Notes under the pieces: model-generated | Told to the model about the DNA's origin: nothing | Databases searched by the model: none | The model's input: only the letters and a program-made list of their open reading frames with translations | Program-made: the position numbers and the translations under genes | In this document: in pieces, positions 1-6,217 of the stretch | Layout: every line of letters starts with the position of its first letter | Numbering within the stretch: the stretch's first letter is position 1 | Origin: a virus | Taxonomy: Duplodnaviria; Caudoviricetes | Length of the DNA: 59,455 nt | IMG/VR virus record: IMGVR_UViG_3300017911_002575 | Coordinates: 1 to 59,455 of that record | Direction: 5' to 3' (one strand)

Positions 1-208
1 GTGTGAAATGGTTTTACAAATGGGTGGTAATGTTGCAGTTGTATTTCGCAACGAGTTGCCCGCAACTTGGAATGGTTATGAGGTTGTGAATGGTGACGAA
101 AATGATTTGCGTTTTCTTGACAAGAAAGGTGTGGTTGTTGGTCTTATTGAGAAAGGCATGGCAAAAAAAGATTTGACAGGATTTGTTCAAGAAGGTAGTA
201 TTGCATAA
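1..208 (+). CDS. C-terminal part of a GP88-like phage protein (5'-truncated by the window edge)
   Basis: NVAVVF..LP..WNG..VVNGDENDLRFLD..GVVVGL..KG.AKKD.TGFV resembles the C-terminus of phage GP88-family proteins (recognised from memory). Confidence 0.6.
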   Translation, partial: CEMVLQMGGNVAVVFRNELPATWNGYEVVNGDENDLRFLDKKGVVVGLIEKGMAKKDLTGFVQEGSIA

Positions 209-378
209 TGGACTATTACGAATCAGCAGAAGGAATTGAGATATCAAAAAAGCGAGCTTTATTGGAGCTAAAAAAACATGGAATTGAAAGTCAATTTGAT
301 ATTGACGATTTTTTCAAAGAGGTTGGCGACAAAGAGCGTTATGATGCTCAAGAGGTTCTCGATTGGTTAGGTTATTGA
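208..378 (+). CDS. small hypothetical phage protein (56 aa, MDYYESAEG...VLDWLGY)
   Basis: Translated by hand; its ATG overlaps the upstream stop (TAATG). Confidence 0.7.
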   Translation: MDYYESAEGIEISKKRALLELKKHGIESQFDIDDFFKEVGDKERYDAQEVLDWLGY

Positions 379-387
379 ATTAATTTC

Positions 388-435
388 TTGACCTATCCTG
401 CGGGGGGGCCCTCCGGTAGAATCGTGCAAAAACTT
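388..435 (+). repeat. dispersed GC-rich intergenic repeat, copy 1
   Basis: TTGACCTATCCTGCGGGGGGGCCCTCCGGTAGAATCGTGCAAAAACTT. Confidence 0.9.
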
Positions 436-450
436 AGTAGAATATTAGCC

Positions 451-478
451 TTGACTTTGATTCGGTTTCTGTCATAAT
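451..478 (+). promoter_or_regulatory. sigma70-type promoter upstream of the tRNA-like RNA
   Basis: TTGACT-N16-CATAAT with extended -10 TG; same layout as the promoters at 598-625 and 5205-5232. Confidence 0.75.
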
Positions 479-484
479 GATACT

Positions 485-587
485 TACCAACACGACCTAA
501 TCAAGCTGCAAATTGATGGAGGTGAAGAGAGGCATGATTGCAGTCAACGCTAAACTCTTGGGGGTTCGATTCCCTCCGTGTATGGTA
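485..587 (+). ncRNA. putative tRNA-like structured ncRNA (4-way junction, T-arm, kissing loops)
   Basis: Closing stem TACCA-ACACG (485-494) / CGTGT-A-TGGTA (577-587). Canonical T-arm GGGGG-TTCGATT-CCCTC (560-576). Two further hairpins whose loops (CTGCAA and TTGCAG) are complementary. Starts 6 nt after a -10 element. Confidence 0.6.
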
Positions 588-597
588 TGATTTTTAC

Positions 598-625
598 TTG
601 ACTTTCACACTCACTCTGTCATACT
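598..625 (+). promoter_or_regulatory. sigma70-type promoter, leaderless (ATG at 632)
   Basis: TTGACT-N16-CATACT, extended -10 TG, 6 nt to ATG. Confidence 0.75.
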
Positions 626-631
626 ATAACC

Positions 632-745
632 ATGATTAAGATTAGAAAAAAAATTCTCTTCACTAAGTCTCGACCACACAAGCTCAAGACAAAAGTGATT
701 CACAGAAAACTCAAACACAAGGAGGAATTAACTCATGTATATTAA
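632..745 (+). CDS. small basic peptide (37 aa, MIKIRKK...HRKLKHKEELTHVY)
   Basis: Translated by hand; ATG at the predicted +1 of the promoter. Confidence 0.55.
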   Translation: MIKIRKKILFTKSRPHKLKTKVIHRKLKHKEELTHVY

Positions 746-974
746 AGAAGATTATGACGATGGTGATATTCCAAGTTCACCAGAAATTGCAGATCATGTT
801 CTGAACATCATCGCTCAAGACATTATCAAACCTTTAATCAAAACAGGTTTGTTAGACGAGGATAAACAAAAAAGTTTGCTACTAATCAAAGATGCAGTTA
901 TAGCTTTATCTCAAAAAGCCTACGCATACGAAAAAATTTATCAAAGTAAAAATGAAAGTCACCTCCGCAACTAA
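735..974 (+). CDS. hypothetical protein
   Basis: ORF with AAGGAGG Shine-Dalgarno upstream. Confidence 0.7.
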   Translation: MYIKEDYDDGDIPSSPEIADHVLNIIAQDIIKPLIKTGLLDEDKQKSLLLIKDAVIALSQKAYAYEKIYQSKNESHLRN

Positions 975-1164
975 AAAGTATTTAATCACAAAAAGTAATG
1001 ATGGTTGTGTTGTTGCCTTTGAAGCAGAAAACAAGACACATCCTTCCGATGTATTCATCGGACAATCAACTATGCAAAAAAACATTGACAACAATGTATT
1101 TGTTCGTCATACTACATTAAGATACAAAAACAAACCATTATATATATATCATGAAGACCTTTGA
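952..1164 (+). CDS. hypothetical protein
   Basis: ORF overlapping both neighbours in an operon-like run. Confidence 0.6.
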   Translation: MKVTSATKKYLITKSNDGCVVAFEAENKTHPSDVFIGQSTMQKNIDNNVFVRHTTLRYKNKPLYIYHEDL

Positions 1165-1501
1165 TGATTTAACATTCACTCCTCACGCACACGCTCACGA
1201 CTTGGGCGTTCAAGCAAGTTTGACTCTTGACAATGGATACGCTTTCAGCGTTGTGGGCAACACCGATGGTGGTGACTTTTTCTATGGCAACCATCCGAAC
1301 ACTTACGAAGTTGCAGTATTCAATCAGCGTGGAGACTTTGTGCCACTCTCTGTCTCGGACGATGTGCTTGCTTACCAAGCTCCGCATCAAATCACTTCTC
1401 TCATGCGACAATTTCATCTTGATGGCGTATTGCACGAAAAATTGCTTGTAGATATGCGACACGACTTCAACGAAAAACGAGTTGCTAGTTACCAAGACTA
1501 A
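1151..1501 (+). CDS. conserved hypothetical phage protein
   Basis: LDNGYAFSVV...YEVAVF pattern resembles a recurrent small phage protein family. Confidence 0.7.
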   Translation: MKTFDDLTFTPHAHAHDLGVQASLTLDNGYAFSVVGNTDGGDFFYGNHPNTYEVAVFNQRGDFVPLSVSDDVLAYQAPHQITSLMRQFHLDGVLHEKLLVDMRHDFNEKRVASYQD

Positions 1502-1576
1502 ATACTTAAATAGCAAATAGAAATAGAACAAATAGAAATAGTAGAATAGTACAACTTTTACAATTGTATTATTTTA

Positions 1577-1625
1577 TTGACCTATCCTGTCAGGGGGCCC
1601 CCTCAAGAGAATTGGGCAACCTTTT
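1577..1625 (+). repeat. dispersed GC-rich repeat, copy 2
   Basis: TTGACCTATCCTGTCAGGGGGCCCCCTCAAGAGAATTGGGCAA. Confidence 0.9.
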
Positions 1626-1631
1626 AGGACT

Positions 1632-1817
1632 TTACTCCCATTGTGAGTGCCAACCAAAGTCAATGTCGGGCTGATCCTCAAATTCCAAAAGAGTCACTTG
1701 ATCTTCTAACTCACCAATTTCATTGCGTATTGCAACTCTTTGCGAGTCAGTCAAGATGCACTCTTTGAGTGCCTTGTGAAGTTCTGAGATTTCTTTTTGC
1801 ATTTCTGATTTAGTCAT
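1632..1817 (-). CDS. small coiled-coil early protein (MTKSEMQ...DFGWHSQWE)
   Basis: ATG 6 nt after TTGACT-N17-TATGTT promoter (1852-1824). Confidence 0.75.
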   Translation of the reverse strand: MTKSEMQKEISELHKALKECILTDSQRVAIRNEIGELEDQVTLLEFEDQPDIDFGWHSQWE

Positions 1818-1873
1818 ACAAAAAACATAGCAAGAAAGCGTATAAAAGTCAAGCATAACTTTCAACTATTTTA

Positions 1874-1910
1874 TTGACCTATCCTATCAGGGGGCCCCCT
1901 TGTCAAGGGG
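1874..1910 (+). repeat. dispersed GC-rich repeat, copy 3
   Basis: TTGACCTATCCTATCAGGGGGCCCCCT preceded by TATTTTA, as in copy 2. Confidence 0.9.
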
Positions 1911-1925
1911 AAAGTCAAACTTTTT

Positions 1926-2162
1926 TTAAAATTCCAATTGGTCGTGGTAGCCGTAGTCGAAGTCTTCGTAGGCATCATGCCAACGCTCTTCGTGGTTACG
2001 GTGAACCTCTTGCATTAAGGCTTGCTCTTCCAAGTAACGCTCTTCAGCAAAAGCCTGATTTGTGCGAGCGATTTCCCTGTTTATCTCTGCCATTTGGCGA
2101 GCTTGCTCATTTGCGAGAGCGACGTTATCATTGCGGTCGAAGTGCGAGTACTTGCTAATCAT
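1926..2162 (-). CDS. small coiled-coil early protein (...DFDYGYHDQLEF)
   Basis: ORF track; own promoter TTGCGT-N17-TATGTT (2199-2171). Confidence 0.75.
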   Translation of the reverse strand: MISKYSHFDRNDNVALANEQARQMAEINREIARTNQAFAEERYLEEQALMQEVHRNHEERWHDAYEDFDYGYHDQLEF

Positions 2163-2229
2163 ATATAAACAACATAAGGGATGTGGTAACGGAACGCAAG
2201 CTAATTCGCATTTATTTTTATTTTTTTTA

Positions 2230-2273
2230 CCTCCGGAGCGCGGGGGCCCCGCCGATAGAATTGTGCAAAAATT
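2230..2273 (+). repeat. dispersed GC-rich repeat, copy 4 (divergent left arm)
   Basis: GGGGGCCCCGCCGATAGAATTGTGCAAAAATT matches the right part of copy 1. Confidence 0.8.
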
Positions 2274-2411
2274 AAGGGGAAGTGGGCAAGCCCCGAATAC
2301 TCAGTGAATGCCCAACAACCCCTTGGAGGAAAAGTTAATTATTTAGGTAATTAAAAAACATTCGTGCAGAACTGGCTAGTAAACTAAGAACTAAAAAAGT
2401 TGTAAAATCCA

Positions 2412-2603
2412 TTAAGCAACAAGGCAAGGCTGACTTGCGACCAACTTCCTTTCTAACTCATGTATTTTTGAATCAAGTTCAATTTGCATTCCCTGTAAAC
2501 TTTTTGCTTGTTCGTGATCGCCTTCTCTAATCGCAACAAATTTTTGTTGTGTGATTTTTTGCAGACGATCTGCTAATGACTCTATTTTGCTTCTAATTTT
2601 CAT
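2412..2603 (-). CDS. small coiled-coil protein (MKIRSKIESL...)
   Basis: ATG 6 nt after TTGAAT-N17-TATAAT promoter (2638-2610). Confidence 0.7.
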   Translation of the reverse strand: MKIRSKIESLADRLQKITQQKFVAIREGDHEQAKSLQGMQIELDSKIHELERKLVASQPCLVA

Positions 2604-2640
2604 AGGTATATTATAACATTTTACGGCAAACAATTCAAGC

Positions 2641-2937
2641 TCAATCTTCAAAGATTGCTCGCATGGTTGGGCTTACTGCCTCCATGTCGTGAAGATTTTC
2701 GTCATTGTCGAAGTCATCGTCTTCATCAGCACGATCATCTTGACTTGCGAGTTGAGAAACTTCATCCTCAACATCTCTTTCGGTTGCTTCAAGCAAACCA
2801 TGCTCAACAACCAACTCTTCAGCGAGAAGGTCAGCTTTCAAGTCGTCAACAAAAGAAGAAAGAGCAGGAGAAAGCTCGATGGCGTTAGTATTGCTCGCCA
2901 TTTGGCGAATGATTTCTAATCTTTCAGATTCAGTCAT
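2641..2937 (-). CDS. highly acidic small protein
   Basis: About 30 D/E against about 6 K/R in 98 aa (hand count). Confidence 0.75.
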   Translation of the reverse strand: MTESERLEIIRQMASNTNAIELSPALSSFVDDLKADLLAEELVVEHGLLEATERDVEDEVSQLASQDDRADEDDDFDNDENLHDMEAVSPTMRAIFED

Positions 2938-2960
2938 AGTGTTTATTATGGTTATTTTTG

Positions 2961-3122
2961 TTATTGAGTCAAGTTTAATTTTAACTGATTTTGTTCTGCT
3001 TCAAGGATTTCGTCAAGCTCGATTTGTGCGTTAATCACAAGTTGCATAGCTTGAACATTACCTTCGTCAGCAAGTGGCGTGTGAATTCTAATGATTTCTT
3101 TGAGTTCTGCTTTTTTGTCCAT
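2961..3122 (-). CDS. small hypothetical protein (MDKKAELKEII...)
   Basis: ATG 6 nt after TTGCAA-N17-TATTCT promoter (3157-3129). Confidence 0.7.
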   Translation of the reverse strand: MDKKAELKEIIRIHTPLADEGNVQAMQLVINAQIELDEILEAEQNQLKLNLTQ

Positions 3123-3162
3123 AATGATAGAATAGGGAAATGGGTTGATCTTTGCAAGCTTT

Positions 3163-3330
3163 TTATGCAAAGAATGGATGTTTTTTTACTGAGGAAAGAG
3201 GAACTGCAACACGATCTTGCGAGCGATAAATTCTTGCCAAAACAAAAGTTTCAGCTCCATCTTTGTGGAAACCCTCGACTTGGAGGATTCTGCGTTTGTA
3301 ATCTACTACGACATCATTTTTCTTAATCAT
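3163..3330 (-). CDS. small hypothetical protein (55 aa, MIKKNDVVVDY...KHPFFA)
   Basis: Translated by hand; ATG 6 nt after TTGCTT-N17-TAATGT (3365-3337). Confidence 0.65.
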   Translation of the reverse strand: MIKKNDVVVDYKRRILQVEGFHKDGAETFVLARIYRSQDRVAVPLSSVKKHPFFA

Positions 3331-3385
3331 ACAATTACATTACCAAAAAAAATCAAAAAAAGCAAGAAAAAAGTTTCAAAACCGG

Positions 3386-3458
3386 CAACTATTTTATTGC
3401 ACTATTCTACTGCCGGGGGGCCCTCCGGGCCTAAACCCTTGATGATCAATTACTTACA
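3386..3458 (+). repeat. dispersed GC-rich repeat, copy 5
   Basis: CAACTATTTTATTG (as before copy 3) ...TGCCGGGGGGCCCTCCGG followed by TAAACCCTTGATGATCAATTACTTACA. Confidence 0.8.
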
Positions 3459-3605
3459 TGAGATGATCGGCAAATTCTTTTCGCGGGCTAGACGCTTAGC
3501 TACTGCCATAGCCTTAGCGTAAGACATTGCGTTGTCAATTAATTTACCGTTTAGTACAACATTGTACCATTGGGTAAAGTTTTCATTTCTGTGAACATTA
3601 ATCAT
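3450..3605 (-). CDS. small hypothetical protein (51 aa, MINVHRNENFTQWYNVV...)
   Basis: Translated by hand; start overlaps the end of the upstream gene. Confidence 0.6.
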   Translation of the reverse strand: MINVHRNENFTQWYNVVLNGKLIDNAMSYAKAMAVAKRLAREKNLPIISCK

Positions 3606-3837
3606 ATTTAATGGTCTCGCGAGTTGTGATTACATCGCTGAAACTCGCAGAGTCGCGAATGTCTTCCTCTTCTCGGAGGATAGTGTTAAGGTAAGGAGCG
3701 TTACCTGTACGCTTGTCGATACTCGCAATTCTCACACGAGGAGTTTCTTGATTGGGTCTTTCCCAAATCTTTACGCTATAGAATGTCGCCCTTTTGGTGA
3801 CATGGATTTTTTTTACAATTGGGTTAGTTAAGTACAT
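3598..3837 (-). CDS. hypothetical protein
   Basis: ORF track; TTGACT at 3873-3868 upstream. Confidence 0.7.
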   Translation of the reverse strand: MYLTNPIVKKIHVTKRATFYSVKIWERPNQETPRVRIASIDKRTGNAPYLNTILREEEDIRDSASFSDVITTRETIKYD

Positions 3838-3882
3838 AAGTTATATTATTAAGGATTAAAGGTTGAAAGTCAAACATTATTT

Positions 3883-4260
3883 TTACCAACCGCAAGGCAT
3901 AACCCCACGATCAAGAAACGCAACTGCTTCAGCAACCGAGCAACGCATGTCATCGCAGATGTCTGCCAGCTTTTGGTCACGAACACTATTGCGAGAAACA
4001 AAAGTTTTCTTTTGAAAGCGTGGATCTTTTTTGGTCATTGCCAACTCTTTAACTTCAGCGAACAAGTCCCAAGGTAACTTACCTTCTTTGCAAAGGTTGA
4101 AGACCGCTTGCTTGCGAGACACGCCTACGGAGGCAACTGACTCACATACGCTCTCTTCTGTTGAGAAGTACAAGTGAGCGGATACTTGGTTGTCATTAGT
4201 GGTGAAGAATATAATGTCGATAATTTTCATAGTTGTAATTGGGTTAATTGTTAAAGTCAT
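3883..4260 (-). CDS. hypothetical protein (start may be 4230)
   Basis: ORF track; TTGACT-N17-TAGATT promoter at 4308-4280. Confidence 0.7.
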   Translation of the reverse strand: MTLTINPITTMKIIDIIFFTTNDNQVSAHLYFSTEESVCESVASVGVSRKQAVFNLCKEGKLPWDLFAEVKELAMTKKDPRFQKKTFVSRNSVRDQKLADICDDMRCSVAEAVAFLDRGVMPCGW

Positions 4261-4411
4261 ATCTTAATCTTATATAAACAATCTAAACACAAAGTTAGCA
4301 AAAGTCAAATTTATTTTCAATTATTTTGCTTGCATAAAACACTATCAATCAAACACTTATATAAAACCGCGAAAAAAAGTTTAATTTATTTGCGATTATT
4401 TTTTGTTTTGT

Positions 4412-4474
4412 TGTAAGTGTATTAGTGTCAGTACTTTACGACACGACCGGGGCCCCCCCGGCAGGATAGGTCAA
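4412..4474 (-). repeat. dispersed GC-rich repeat, copy 6 (inverted)
   Basis: Reverse complement reads TTGACCTATCCTGCCGGGGGGGCCCCGG...CGTAAAGTACTGACACTAATACACTTACA. Confidence 0.9.
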
Positions 4475-4494
4475 CGCCGTAGTAGTATACTACA

Positions 4495-4794
4495 TCATCC
4501 GAAGGCTGGACCTTGATCCACTGCGAACCAGTCGGATGGGTCAATGATGTGCCCGTTTAGCATAGGTTCGAAGTTCTTCTGGTGAAAGCCTAATCCTGTT
4601 ATTCCGTTGACTCTTTCTCTTGTGGTTGGTGTGTTCCAACCTGCGAGGCTACCAAGTACAAGCCCGTCTTCGGTGCGTTGCACTATCTTGTTACCATGCA
4701 ACCAAACGGCGTTGCCGTCTGTCATTGTGTTGCCAACTGCCTTGGCTTCACGGCGTTCAAATGCGTCTTTAATTTGTTGAGTTACTTTTCTCAT
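4495..4794 (-). CDS. conserved hypothetical phage protein
   Basis: WLHGNKI...LAGWNTPTTRERVN motif resembles a recurrent phage family. Confidence 0.75.
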   Translation of the reverse strand: MRKVTQQIKDAFERREAKAVGNTMTDGNAVWLHGNKIVQRTEDGLVLGSLAGWNTPTTRERVNGITGLGFHQKNFEPMLNGHIIDPSDWFAVDQGPAFG

Positions 4795-5006
4795 TATAGA
4801 ATGCTGTTGTTTTTTTGTATTTGACGAAAGAATTTGTAAGCTTGCTGTACCGCATGAAGGGCTTCGAGTACGGACTCGCCTTGTGTGAAGGTTGCCATCT
4901 CAACTTCAGCAAGGAATTTTAAGTTGCCTTCTGCTTTGGCAAGTTGCTCGATCAAGTCGATGCTTGGGAATTTACTTTCTTGTTCTTGTGTTTCGTTCTT
5001 AATCAT
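4794..5006 (-). CDS. hypothetical protein
   Basis: ATG 6 nt after TTGACT-N17-TAGATT (5041-5013). Confidence 0.7.
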   Translation of the reverse strand: MIKNETQEQESKFPSIDLIEQLAKAEGNLKFLAEVEMATFTQGESVLEALHAVQQAYKFFRQIQKNNSIL

Positions 5007-5049
5007 ATACTTAATCTATAGAATTTTTTCGTAAAAGTCAAACTTTATT

Positions 5050-5163
5050 TTAGTTTTTTTTGCTTACATCTTCGAACAGATCAATGCTCTTTGAAGTTAA
5101 ATCTTTGTAAGCAACAAAGAAGACGAGGCTGAAGTTGGCGATGAATAGGATTTCTAGTAACAT
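5050..5163 (-). CDS. small membrane peptide (37 aa, MLLEILFIANFSLVFFVAY...)
   Basis: Translated by hand; hydrophobic N-terminus; promoter TTGACT-N16-CATACT at 5232-5205. Confidence 0.5.
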   Translation of the reverse strand: MLLEILFIANFSLVFFVAYKDLTSKSIDLFEDVSKKN

Positions 5164-5474
5164 GATTTTTTATGTGTTATTAATTGTTATTGTTTATAAT
5201 GTAGAGTATGACAGAGAAAAAAGAAAAGTCAACCCCTAAAAGAAAAAAAAGACCCTACCCATTAAATGAATTCATTTTAGAATCAAAACGCTGTAGACAA
5301 CCGGGGGGTGCCTTTTTTCAATATGAAATTGATTTTATAAATTTTAATACATATGTTCGGATCAAAAAAAATCGGCGGCTCTGTAGAAAATAGTAAAAAT
5401 TATAAGTAGAGTAAACAAAAAACCGCCAAAAAACATTTAAAAACAGTGTACATTAACATAATATATTTTATAAC

Positions 5475-6203
5475 ATGCCTCGACGCAAGAAAAAACCAGA
5501 GATCGTGAATGAGGACGAAATTGAAAAAATTCGTAAATCATTAACCAAAACAAACATCAAGCTTAAAAAAATTGCATTAACAGACAAGCAAAAACACTTA
5601 TTAAAAATTATCTTTGACAATGATAGTAAAATAATATTCATAAGTGGCCCTGCTGGAACCAGTAAAACATACGTAGCAATATACGGCGCTCTGCAGCTTT
5701 ACAACATGAACAACGAGCGTGGTATTACATATGTCCGCACGATCGCAGAGAGTGGCGAAAAAAGTCTCGGCGCGCTGCCTGGCGAAATGGCCGAAAAGAT
5801 CAATCCGTATATGATGCCAATGAACGAAAAATTGGATGAATTATTGATTCCTGGACAAGCCAGTATATTAAAAGATAAAGAAATAATAAAAGGCATGCCT
5901 ATCAATTATCTTCGTGGCGCAAGTTGGCGCGACGAAATAGTAATCGCAGACGAAAGTCAAAATTTTACATTCAAAGAACTGACCACCTTGATGACCCGCC
6001 TTGGCGAGGGCAGCAAATTGCTTATCTGCGGTGATCCCATGCAAAGCGACATCAATGGCAAAAGCGGATTCGCTGACATGTACTCACTTTTCAATGACGA
6101 AGAAAGTAAAGAAAAAGGAATACATACATTTCATTTTGGAGCGGAAGATATCAAAAGAAGCGAAATACTAAAATATGTAATACAAAAAATACAAAAAAAA
6201 TAG
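5475..6203 (+). CDS. phoH: PhoH-family ATPase
   Basis: GPAGTSKT Walker A, LGALPG, YLRG, IADESQN, TRLGEGSK..CGDPMQSD. Confidence 0.92.
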   Translation: MPRRKKKPEIVNEDEIEKIRKSLTKTNIKLKKIALTDKQKHLLKIIFDNDSKIIFISGPAGTSKTYVAIYGALQLYNMNNERGITYVRTIAESGEKSLGALPGEMAEKINPYMMPMNEKLDELLIPGQASILKDKEIIKGMPINYLRGASWRDEIVIADESQNFTFKELTTLMTRLGEGSKLLICGDPMQSDINGKSGFADMYSLFNDEESKEKGIHTFHFGAEDIKRSEILKYVIQKIQKK

Positions 6204-6217
6204 TGTAATACTATTGC

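Noticed and set aside
388-422. Repeat as a sigma70 promoter (TTGACC...TAGAAT)
   Set aside because: The spacer is 23-24 nt, too long
485-587. Canonical tRNA-Cys
   Set aside because: The GCA loop is in the first hairpin, there is no D-arm consensus, the acceptor stem is bulged and there is no CCA; kept only as tRNA-like
632-745. ArfA-like ribosome rescue peptide (RKLKHK)
   Set aside because: Only a short basic motif matches; the KGKGS core is absent
388-4474. CRISPR array interpretation of the dispersed repeats
   Set aside because: Spacing is 0.3-1.2 kb and irregular, intervals contain genes, copies are degenerate and one is inverted; no cas operon
5298-5318. Seventh repeat copy (ACCGGGGGGTGCC)
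   Set aside because: Lacks the GGGCCC core and both arms; too degenerate to count
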